Shown: in pieces, positions 23,175 through 33,286 of the stretch
Layout of the letters: every line of letters begins with the position of its first letter
Position numbering within the stretch: the stretch's first letter is position 1
Assembly: GCA_000004985.1 (NCBI GenBank)
Contig: GG738881.1
DNA length: 64,000 bases
Source: Naegleria gruberi
Taxonomy: Eukaryota
Strand: one strand, 5' to 3'
Made by a program: the position numbers and the translations under genes
Notes under the pieces: generated by a model
Told to the model about the DNA's origin: nothing
The model's input: only the letters and a program-made list of their open reading frames with translations
The model's database searches: none

Positions 23175-23614
23175 TTTTAAAAAAATTTAATTTTAGCTCT
23201 TTTTTAAATGTAAATTAGTACTGCAAGGAGATGAGCCAAAGCTGATAATTGGACCAATTATCATCAGATGGAAGAAGAATATTCTAGCAGGATTATGAAG
23301 GCTTTTTACAATTAGAAATCCTATGAAATTTTATTGGTTGATTTTATAAAAATAAAAAGCATTTCGGAATGTACTTTCATCTTGTTAATGAAAATGATTT
23401 AAAATTCAAAAAGATTTTAACGAGATGAATTTGAAATCAAATAGGAATATGAAGAAGAAACTGATTTATCAAGATTTGGAATATGAATTGAACTTGTTTT
23501 GATTGAGTGGAGCAAGTGAAAAGCCTCCATTACGATCAATCAAAAAAAAATAAGCTCAAATCCCTAGGAGAATTCACCCTCTTGTTTTGAATTAGAATTA
23601 ACATCATCAATAAT

Positions 23615-26366
23615 ATGAAACGATTGGTTTTTAGAGCAGTAAAGGGAGGAAGAGATTCAAGTCTCTTGAAGCCTTGTATCAAGAAGGAACATCAACAATC
23701 AATTATCATGATGAATGGGTCGAATAGTAAAAGAACATTTTTTGATTTTTCGGAGGATGATTTGAAAAAGATGAACAAAGCAACCAACAAACCAGAAGTG
23801 AAGGGTGATGAATTGAAGAAACCAGACGAACATCCAACTTCTTTAAATTCATCTCATTTAGCTCACTCGGAAGGAAGCGAATCAAAGATGGTTGTTCCTA
23901 AAAAGAGATCAATGGCCGTCAACCCTCATGAACCTCTCTATGGTGAATGCCTCAATTTTAAAGCTCAAAATAATTTAATTGATTTTAGTGGAGAAAGACG
24001 AGAGGATGTTAACAAAGTTATGAATATTCTTTCAAATGTTGAAAGTCACAATAATATTATTTTAGGTTAGTTTAATTTTGGATCAACATATATTTTTACA
24101 CATTCAAATAGTTGGTGAAAATGGTGTTGGAAGAAGATCAATTATTGAATCATTGGCCTATAAGATTACTAAAAATCCAGAAAATGTTCCAGAACGTTTG
24201 AGGAACACAAAAATAATTGAGCTCTCTGTTGATAACTTGTATGGATGCAATGTTACAAATAATATTTGCACAACCTTCTTCAATGCATTGAAATCACTCA
24301 AGGTTTATGATGCCTTTAATTATGATTTGCCTCCAAATCCAAAATTAATGTCGATTGAGGAAAAGAAAGCGCATCTATACGGAAATAATCCGCCTCCAAC
24401 AGCTCATGATGAGGATGTCGAAAGATTGTTCAACGAAATGGTTGAATCTGTACAATTATATAGAGAAAATAGAGAAAAAACTAATCAACCTAAGATTTTA
24501 TTTATTCATCAATTTTATAATATGGTAGATGATTATTCATACTCTTTCTATGATAGTGTATCATCAGTTTTGCAACCTTTATTGGAAAAGAAGAGGCTTA
24601 AATTAGTAACATGTATGACACCATCTGAGTATGCCAAATTCACAAAGAATCCACTTGCTTCTCATTTTGAAGTTATCAAAGTTGGTGAGCCAAACTTTGC
24701 CACTACATTGGATATTGTAACAAAGAAGAAGGAATATTTGGAAGCATCTCATGGAGTTTTTATTGATAATGATATCGTTGAAGAGGCTCTCTTACTCTCT
24801 AATAGATATATCCCACTCAAGGCAAATCCAATGAAATGTATTTCAGTTCTAGATGAGTTGGCATCAATTGTTGAAAAGAGAGGTTGTTCAATTCCTATTA
24901 ATGTATTGGAGTTAGAGGATAAGATTAAGAAGGTGTCAATTGATATTGACAAAAAGAGTGATGATGATATTGATACTTCTTCATTAATGAAAAAATTGGA
25001 AAAGCTTAAGGAATCATACGCAACAAAATATTCTGCTTGGAAGGCTGAGTACCAAGCTCTTCAGTCTTACAGAGAAAATAGAGTTAGATTAATAGGGTTG
25101 AAGAAGGAACTTGGTGATTGTATTGCATCTATTACCAGTCCTGACTGCGAGTCTGCCAAGAGGGCATCAAAAATAATTGAAGATGATATTCCAGAAGTGA
25201 AGGCAAGTTTGAAAATCTTTGAAAAACAGTCTGCCAAAAACAAATATGTCAACAATAGAGCTACTTTGGATGACTTGTCTGTAGTGATTTCTAGAATGTC
25301 TGGAATTCCTCAAAAGGATTTGTATTTCACAACTCAAAAGAATCATTCTCTTAATAATATGGAGTCTATCTTGGAAGAACAGGTAATTGGACAAAAACAA
25401 GCAATTTCTTCCATTTCAAAAACAATACGAGTTGCCAAGCTAGGTCTCAGAGATGCTAACAAACCTCAAGCTTCACTCCTATTTTGTGGATTTTCAGGGG
25501 TTGGTAAAACTGAGCTTGCTAAACAAATAGCTAAAGTTGTTTATGGAAATGAAAATTCTGTATCTGTAATTGACATGACAAAGTATAATACTGAGTTCTC
25601 TGTATCCGGATTGATAGGCACATCGGCTGGCTATGTAGGTTACGATGATGGTGGCGAGCTAACCAACACAATCAAGAAGAATCCATTCCAAGTAATTATT
25701 TTTGATGAAATTGAAAAGGCACACAGTAGAGTTTGGAATATTTTATTACCAGTTTTTGAGGAAGGTGTTTGTCAGAATAATTATGGTGAAAGTGTTTCTC
25801 TGAAAGATACAATTATCATTCTTACATCTAATGTGGGTACAAAACGATTGTTCCAACACAAGGAAGAGGACAAGGATTTGACACAACAAGAAATCTTCCA
25901 TGAAGAAATCAAGGAAACTTTTGCTCCTGAATTCCTCAATAGATTAGATGATATCGTCATTTTCAATGAGCTTTCCATGCATGATTTGGATAAGATTTTG
26001 TCAATTCAATTGAGAAAGTTAGAAGAAAGACTTTCAAAGAAGAGAGAAATCAAGATTGAACTCTCTACTGAAGCTAGACAATTCTTAATTTTTAACTCAT
26101 TTGATATTCAGTTGGGTGCTCGTCCAATTAAGAGAAATATTCAAAACTACTTATCGGCACCAATTTCAGACCTCTTCTATCAAGGAAAATTGGACAAGCA
26201 TTGTACTTTGAAGGTAGATGTTGATGAGAAGAAATTGAAAGTGGAAGTGATAGTAGATGAGAAGAAGGAAAGTCAAGAAAAGAGGAAACGAAACAATGAT
26301 TATGATGACTTATTAGAACTCGATCACAAACTTAAGAATGCTATCAAATCATCAAATGTAGAATAA
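23615..26366 (+). CDS. ClpB/Hsp104/Hsp78-type AAA+ disaggregase homologue with degenerate NBD1; join(23615..24065,24112..26366)
   Basis: 46-nt intron (GTTAGT..AG) joins …NNIILG to VGENGVGRRS…. NBD1 Walker A is GENGVGRRS (canonical GEPGVGKT). NBD1 Walker B is ILFIHQFY (canonical ILFIDELH). A coiled-coil middle domain is present. NBD2 is intact: GFSGVGKTELAK, VIIFDEIEKAH, sensor and C-terminal small domain. The N-terminus is basic, possibly an organellar presequence, and there is no ClpN domain. Confidence 0.7.
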
Positions 26367-26388
26367 ATGAATACTTCTTATTTATTTA

Positions 26389-26850
26389 TTAATAACCACC
26401 TCTCAATCTCAATACCAAATGGACAGTTGAATCCTTTTGAAGATTGTAATCTGAGATAGTTCTACCATCTTCCAATTGTTTACCAGCATAAATCAAACGT
26501 TGTTGATCCGATGGAATTCCTTCCTTATCAAAAATCTTTTGTTTCATATTCTCAATAGTGTCATTCGATTCCGTTTCAATAGTAATGGTCTTTCCTGTCA
26601 ATGTTTTCACAAAAAGTTGCATTCCTCCTCTCAATCTCAACACCAAATGAAGAGTGGAGTCTTTTTGAATGTTATAATCATTGAAAGTTCTGCCATCTTC
26701 CAATTGTTTACCTGCGTAGATGAGCCTTTGTTGTTCTGGTGGAACTCCTTCCTTATCTTGAACCTTTCTTTTAACATTTTCAATTGAATCGTTTGATTCA
26801 ACTTCCAATGTGATAGTTTTACCAGTGAGTGTCTTGACAAATAATTGCAT
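26389..26850 (-). CDS. Di-ubiquitin-like protein (two divergent ubiquitin-fold repeats, each ending LRLRGG, plus terminal Tyr)
   Basis: Repeat 1 [76 protein letters not shown]. Repeat 2 [77 protein letters not shown]. About 80% identity to canonical ubiquitin. K48 and K63 are retained. Confidence 0.8.
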   Translation of the reverse strand: MQLFVKTLTGKTITLEVESNDSIENVKRKVQDKEGVPPEQQRLIYAGKQLEDGRTFNDYNIQKDSTLHLVLRLRGGMQLFVKTLTGKTITIETESNDTIENMKQKIFDKEGIPSDQQRLIYAGKQLEDGRTISDYNLQKDSTVHLVLRLRGGY

Positions 26851-27262
26851 GATTGGTTTGAATTGTTTTTTTCTTATTGTTGAAATTCAAACCTAAATCT
26901 TCCCACTATTTATGTGAATCTGCGGTTTTTGTGTATTTTTAGATAAAAGTTCTTTGAAAGAGCTAGTTGAGCTTTGAACTAGTTTTGTTTCTCTACACAA
27001 ATTTTGGAACTTGGGATATATTGTAATTTAAAAGCACAAAAGGTGAAAATTAGCATGTTAATATCGAATAACTAATTAGATTGTATTTTTTTCATATTTT
27101 TTCACTTTGAAATGTTTGTGGGTGTAATCATTGCTGATTGTCTTGATATATACTTGATAAATGTATTCAAATTTTTTACCATATCAACTAGACATTTTGG
27201 AGTGCCTTTTGTGGCTTTCATGTGTCTTAATAAAAAGAGCTCAAGTAAAAAGAGACAAAAGC

Positions 27263-27343
27263 TGCAGAAGGTGGGATTTGAACCCACGAAGCTTGCGCAG
27301 TAGAACTTGAGTCTACCCCCTTTGACCACTCGGGAACCCCTGC
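27263..27343 (-). tRNA. tRNA-Leu (anticodon CAA), class II with long variable arm
   Basis: Minus-strand sequence GCAGGGG-TT-CCC-GAGTGGTCAAA-GGG-G-GTAGA-CTCAAGT-TCTAC-TGCGCAAGCTTC-GTGGG-TTCAAAT-CCCAC-CTTCTGC-A. Acceptor stem has two G-U pairs. Anticodon loop is CTCAAGT. Confidence 0.75.
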
Positions 27344-29074
27344 TTCACATTCATTCACATTCATTCTTTATCACACTGAAATAGAATTCTATTTTCTAAA
27401 GTACACAACTACACTGAAGGTCCTTCTTACTTTCGTATTATCATCTTTATTCACCAAGAAAGCCTGACTGGTAGCCTTATTCTTTCAAATATTTTCTTGA
27501 ATCTGTTATTGAATTTTTTCCCAATTTTTTAACCATAACTTTTCTGCATAACAATTTACACTTTCAGAACCAATATAACATCATTGAGGATGCAAGATTG
27601 ATAAAACCATTGACTGTACTTCTACAGGATCTTTTCTGTAGGAATACATAAACTCGACTTTTTTGAGTCAATCTGACCTTTGAGGTTAACCAAGATGAAG
27701 ACTCTGTAGTCACATATCTTGAGCATGATATCGAACTGGAAACATGCTTCGCTGTAGGTTTCCTCGTTCATAGATGATTGCTGCATTCCTTACCAGCCAT
27801 GGTTTGTGAATGGGGGATTTGTGAACATGCAGATTGGTACCTTAAACTTTTTATCAATTAATAGAAAATTAATACCCTAGCTGCCAATAAACTAAAATTA
27901 AATTCTATCAAGATCGGAATATCAACACTTTCCTTTAATTTACTTTAATCAACATGGTTAAATGTAGATTGTGTATTCAAAGCTAATCTTGAGCTCACAA
28001 TTCTTCTGAATGAACATCAACTAAATGTTTAGTTATCTTCATTGCACTGTATTGGAGTTAGACAAGTGTTGTTCTAAAGATTTGACATTTGTCATGGAAA
28101 TTAACACTTGCTAGGTATGTGTTTAATCCTCTTCAAAGAAGTCTAATACTATACTATTGTTTTTGAAAAAGTAAAAGCAAATATTTGAAGACTCAAATCC
28201 GTAAATTGATCTTTTATTGATCAACCACAAGTATCTCTTTCTAAATGATAAAATTCAAAGGTGATATATAGATGGTCACGTAGCAAGCTTTTCTAAATAA
28301 CAAACTTACTGAACCAACAATCAATAGATTCGTTGCCTTCACTGTTCATACAGTCAAAGACTGTAGCGGGATAGTCGCCATATTCCTGGCAGGCTTCCCG
28401 TCTAATTTAACAATTGAAATTTAAATAATACAATAATATGTTCCTCACAGTAGTAAGGGCAGTAAATTGATTATCAATCAAAAAAAATGAAATATTTAAT
28501 ATGGCCGTATATTAGTTCACAATATTCTCATTTAACACTCATATTGATTTTGTAAAAATGTAGTTACTTGGAACGATGATTCAAAATGGAAAAGTTCCAA
28601 TATTGCTTTTCAAAGATTGAGAAGATTGATATTTGAGCAAAATGTTAGAATTGAATACTTTAAGTTTTATTTACAATGATCGCCTAGGTTTACAAAATTG
28701 TGAGTTGTGGAGATTACCACATTTTGAATTGTTTGTTTCTCATTTCTAAAGTATTATGTGATTGAGATTTAGAAGTTTTACTTGTTTCATTTCCGAAATT
28801 TCCTTGGATAACATTATTGGTGAAGTGTTATTGGAGGAATTATACATATTTCTTCTTGTTGAGACCATTTTCTTATTATTATTTTGTTATTTTCTTTTGT
28901 AGATTTTCATTAAATTTCCTTCATCAAAATATTAATAGAAAAATTCAAACTTCTTGTTAAAAATCGGAATCACAAAATTAGTGGAAATCATCTTGGAAGT
29001 AAATAGATAACTGATCGGATGATGATATTTCCACAACAAAACAAAATAACTAAATAACAAACACTAAGAGCAAA

Positions 29075-29425
29075 ATGCCAGCTAGAAATACTTCATCACA
29101 TTCTTCCAAAGATAAAATTCCAACAAAAACAGAATGGACAAGATCTAAACCAATTGATTTATCTAAAAGATTACCATTATTTGATATTGATACTTCAAAT
29201 ATTATAAGTGGAACTAGACATCGTAATAATATTGATTATCATCATGCAAATTTAAATGGTAAACAAATTTCAGTGAAAAGATCTTCGAAAAATTCAATTG
29301 AAAAGAGAACTAAATGTAAATATCCTAAATTTGTAAATAAAAAAAGAAGAGAATTAAATACCCAGAAGAATCAGATCTTATTATTGTTCATAACTGAAGT
29401 TGCCCTACTGTGTTTGAGGCAGTAG
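29075..29425 (+). CDS. Hypothetical small basic protein (weak call)
   Basis: 116-aa ORF in a gene-poor region. Lys/Arg-rich. Could be spurious. Confidence 0.2.
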   Translation: MPARNTSSHSSKDKIPTKTEWTRSKPIDLSKRLPLFDIDTSNIISGTRHRNNIDYHHANLNGKQISVKRSSKNSIEKRTKCKYPKFVNKKRRELNTQKNQILLLFITEVALLCLRQ

Positions 29426-29945
29426 TTCATTTAGTAAATTACTTTGATTTATGAGAAGAGTTTAATATTGTGTGAATTGTACAACAGAGATTTATTTAAA
29501 ACTGAAATGATTCAATCTGCTATCATATAATTGTGGTTTTGTTCTTGATATTAGGAGTGCTGTGGATTTGATGAATTCTGCAAATACTAAGTGAGAGAAA
29601 TAATTGTCAGCCCTCTTGAACTCTATTCTCAACTATTAATTGATTAGGAAAAGTACAAGAGGGCTCAATGAATCTATAATCATAATAGCTATAGTATTCA
29701 TTGCAGTAGGTTTCTTTTTTTTTTAATTGAACAAGAGACAATTTCACTCATTCAACCCACTTGCTATCTATTTATATTTTTGGAAAATGTAACTTTCATA
29801 TTTTGAAGCTCACATCCATGCATTTACTTGTCATAAGCAATGCTCAATTTCATTGTTGTACAGGACATGTGTTTCTGTTGAACAAATATTTCAGGATTCA
29901 AATTAATGACTACCGGTACAATTATATTTCACAATTTGAGGAAGT

Positions 29946-30067
29946 GTATGGCTACGGCCATATCACGATGAATGCACCTCATCCCGTCCGATTTGAGAAG
30001 TTAAGCATCGTCGAGCCACATCAGTACTGAGGTTGGAGACAACTTGGGAACCTGTGGTGCTGTAGTC
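29946..30067 (+). rRNA. 5S ribosomal RNA gene (dispersed copy)
   Basis: GTATGGCTACGGCCATATCACG…CATCCCGTCCGATTTGAGAAGTTAAGC…GTACTGAGGTTGGAGACAACTTGGGAACCTGTGGTGCTGTAGTC matches conserved 5S helices and loops (CCGATCTG/AAGTTAAGC, GGGAGACC-like, TGCTGTA 3' end). It is followed immediately by TTTTT, a Pol III terminator. About 122 nt. Confidence 0.8.
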
Positions 30068-30309
30068 TTTTTGATTGCAATAGGAAAATCTATCCTAATA
30101 TATGGTTATTCATGGATTAAAAGCATCTTTTGTAATGCAATGTTTGAGAGTGGTGCATCTTTCTGTGATATTAAGGACGATGTACCCTCTAGACAAAATT
30201 ATTCGAACCATCACATTCACTTGTTCAATTAGATAATTGCTAAATACTTTATTTTACATTTCGATATGTACCTTGTAAAGTGCAGGGAAGTTTTGATGAG
30301 GAATTTGAG

Positions 30310-30582
30310 TCATCCTCCTAAAACAATCATTTCTCCAAGTGCCTTTTGAAATTTCTCAACAGATTCCCAATGAGCATAATTAATATATTGATATTGAGAT
30401 TTTTCCATATCGAGTGCCTTATGAAGTGAAGTATGAATGAAACCATCTTGTTTTTTAAAGAATTCTGCGCAAACAGTCCAACCCAATTCAAATTCCTTCT
30501 CATCTTTCACATCAATGTGAAATGGATTCATGAGAACAACGTAATTGGTTTTCATTGATTTAACAGGACAAGTATTGGACAT
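30310..30582 (-). CDS. ABM (antibiotic biosynthesis monooxygenase-like) / Dabb ferredoxin-fold domain protein
   Basis: 90 aa. …FIHTSLHKALDMEKSQYQYINYAHWESVEKFQKAL… resembles the ABM signature (ERWESxEAFxAH). Confidence 0.45.
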   Translation of the reverse strand: MSNTCPVKSMKTNYVVLMNPFHIDVKDEKEFELGWTVCAEFFKKQDGFIHTSLHKALDMEKSQYQYINYAHWESVEKFQKALGEMIVLGG

Positions 30583-31096
30583 GTTTTGATGGAGGTATTA
30601 ATGATTTTGTTTTTTTTTGATTTGATTTTGTGACTTTTCCTTATTGGGAGTGTTTCTTAAAAAATCCGCTAACAAAATTGCTCAACTCCTCAGTAGAGGA
30701 CAATTGAATACTTGGATTTGAGGACAATTTTTCTAGTTTGAACTTAAATGAGCTCACATTATAATGAGAAGAAACAAATGGGGTCGAAGCTGTGTCTCTT
30801 TCTAGATGGATATTGTGTTTGGAACTGATGATTAAGTAAATTTTGTAGGAATTACAGTCTGTTATTAGTGATAAAGATCTATAAATTCGAAGAGCAAAGA
30901 TAATAAAGTAACGAGTGGGTGACAGGCAATTGAGTCCATCCTGACCTTGGAAAAAAATTAGGTCAAAACTGTGGGCATTATCTCGATCATTAGTATATTT
31001 AAAGAAGATATTTTTGAGATAATTGTAGCCCTACATGTCTAGTTTATGGGGTAAAAAATTGGAAGTTGTACTCTTTGTAGATAAGGCAAAAATTGA

Positions 31097-31168
31097 CAAT
31101 CTTGAGATGCGTCGACCGGGAATTGAACCCGGGTCACGGCGATGGCAACGCCGTATTCTACCACTAAA
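31097..31168 (-). tRNA. tRNA-Gly (anticodon GCC)
   Basis: Minus strand GCGTCGA-TG-GTTT-AGTGGTA-GAAT-A-CGGCG-TTGCCAT-CGCCG-TGAC-CCGGG-TTCAATT-CCCGG-TCGACGC-A. Close to the eukaryotic tRNA-Gly-GCC consensus. Confidence 0.85.
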
Positions 31169-31284
31169 CCATCGACGCTTCTTGTTCAAATGACTTGTTA
31201 CCTATTTGTAAAATTAAATATGAATGCTTATGTTAAAGCAAACGATTTTAGGAATTGTACGCGTCCTTTTGAAAGTTAAAAAAA

Positions 31285-33084
31285 ATGATCAAGAAACCAG
31301 AACTCTTTTCCGACGATATTTGTTTTGAAATTCTTTCCCATTTGGCAAATGATTGGAAATTTATTTTCACAACTTGTTCATTAATTTCTCAACAATGGCT
31401 AAATGTTATTAAACACAATTCATCATTGTTGAATCTTTCCATTTATTTTAATCAAAAACTAAATGATGAACAGAAAAATCAAATGTCAAAATGTGAATTA
31501 TTAACATGTTTATCCAATGTGAAAGTTTATTCAAAGATTGCGAAATGGTTTTGTACAAATATTGGAATATTCATGAAAGGAATGATTAGATTAGAAATTA
31601 GCTATTGTCGTTTGGAAGCAGAAGATGTCAATTTTATTGGTGAAATGAAGCAATTAACTGAACTTGATATTAGTTTAAATAATATTAATTGTAAAGGAGC
31701 TATTACTATCAGTCAATTGAGTAAATTAACTAAACTCAATGTTTATCAAACCAAAATGGGTGTTGAAGGTGCTAAAGAACTAAGTAAATTGAAAGAACTA
31801 ACATCCCTCGAAATAGGAGACAATCATTTAAAATCTGAAGGAGCAGCTCACATTGCCCAAATGAGAAAATTAACATTCCTTGATATTAATACCAATATGA
31901 TTGGAAATGAAGGTATTGAGCTGATAAGTAGAATGGAACAATTAACTGATTTAGATGTTATGGATAATAATATTCGATCAGAAGGTGTTAAATCACTCTG
32001 TAAAATGAAACATCTTACTAATCTAAATATTGGAAACAATCCAATTGAAGATGAAGGGGCTATATTATTAGGTGAAATGAAACAATTGAAAAATCTCATT
32101 ACAGCTTGCAACAATATTGGGATGAAAGGATTTAGCTCACTTAGCACATTACTCAATTTGGAATCACTTGTTATACTTGGATTAGATGGTAAATCTACTG
32201 ATTTCATTCGTGAAATGAATCAATTAACTCGTCTTGAATTTTATGGTTCTAACCTTGAGCCAAAAGGTTTCGATCCAATTAGTCACCTGTCCAATTTAAC
32301 ATTTCTAACTATAAGGGGTCGAAATATTGCTGATGGTGACTTGGAATGTATTGGTCAATTTAAAAAGCTGACCACACTTAATGTACCATCATGCAATATT
32401 AATCAAGGATTTAAATCAATTTGTGGGTTGAAGAATTTAACATTCCTTGACTTGAGCTATAACAAAATTGAAAGTGTTGAATCAATTACTAATTTGAAGA
32501 GTTTGACACAACTTGACATCAATGGGAATCGAATTGGACATGAAGGAGCAAAATCTATCAGTCAATTAGACAATTTAACTAATCTCCAAATCGGTCATAA
32601 TTTAATACAAGATGAGGGAATCAAGTATTTAAGTACTATGCAGTGTTTAACTACTCTGGGTGTGGCTGAAAATCAAATAAGCATTGAGGGTGCCAAGTTC
32701 ATAAGCAAATCTCATCAATTGACTTCACTTGATCTCACAAACAACGTTATCGAAACTGAAGGAGCCAAAATTTTGAGTGAGCTCAATAATTTGACAGGGT
32801 TATTTGTTTATGGAAACAGAATTAGAGATGAAGGAGCCAAATATATCAGTACTATGCAACAATTAACAATTCTTGATATTGCCTATAATGAAATAACAGA
32901 TGAAGGAGCAAAAGCAATAAGTAATCTCGATCAACTATCGACACTTTATATTTATTCAAATGAAATTTGTGATGAAGGAGCAAAATCCATTTGTGGAATG
33001 AAACAATTGACCATTCTTGATATTGACTATAATGTACTTAGTGAAGAAGTATCCAATCAATTAAGAATGGAATACCACAACTAA
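31285..33084 (+). CDS. F-box-like / leucine-rich repeat protein (ribonuclease-inhibitor/NLR-type LRRs)
   Basis: N-terminal F-box-like segment (ELFSDDICFEILSHLANDWKFIFTTCSLISQQW). Then about 18 tandem 28-29-aa LRRs with the L..L.L..N.IGDEGAK.L… pattern. Confidence 0.75.
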   Translation: MIKKPELFSDDICFEILSHLANDWKFIFTTCSLISQQWLNVIKHNSSLLNLSIYFNQKLNDEQKNQMSKCELLTCLSNVKVYSKIAKWFCTNIGIFMKGMIRLEISYCRLEAEDVNFIGEMKQLTELDISLNNINCKGAITISQLSKLTKLNVYQTKMGVEGAKELSKLKELTSLEIGDNHLKSEGAAHIAQMRKLTFLDINTNMIGNEGIELISRMEQLTDLDVMDNNIRSEGVKSLCKMKHLTNLNIGNNPIEDEGAILLGEMKQLKNLITACNNIGMKGFSSLSTLLNLESLVILGLDGKSTDFIREMNQLTRLEFYGSNLEPKGFDPISHLSNLTFLTIRGRNIADGDLECIGQFKKLTTLNVPSCNINQGFKSICGLKNLTFLDLSYNKIESVESITNLKSLTQLDINGNRIGHEGAKSISQLDNLTNLQIGHNLIQDEGIKYLSTMQCLTTLGVAENQISIEGAKFISKSHQLTSLDLTNNVIETEGAKILSELNNLTGLFVYGNRIRDEGAKYISTMQQLTILDIAYNEITDEGAKAISNLDQLSTLYIYSNEICDEGAKSICGMKQLTILDIDYNVLSEEVSNQLRMEYHN

Positions 33085-33286
33085 TTCATATCCTAGATGT
33101 TGCTATGGTTTGAACGTAGCTATGGCTGATGTGGAAGGAATCAAAGGGAGAACTCTCCTCCTAGCGGTATGACAATGTCCAAAGGAATGAATCAACACTT
33201 GAAGGCGTAAAATCATTTAGAGATATCATTAAGTTCGTTGCATATTTTTGATTATTCTCATATAATTATAATATAATGGTTCGACT

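Noticed and set aside
27102-27329. ORFs 27102..27329 (-) and 27112..27303 (+)
   Set aside because: They overlap the tRNA-Leu(CAA) gene and a low-complexity region. No coding support.
29761-30232. ORF-track ORFs 29761..30030 and 30044..30232 (89 and 62 aa)
   Set aside because: They overlap the 5S rRNA gene and its flanks. Composition and position argue they are chance ORFs.
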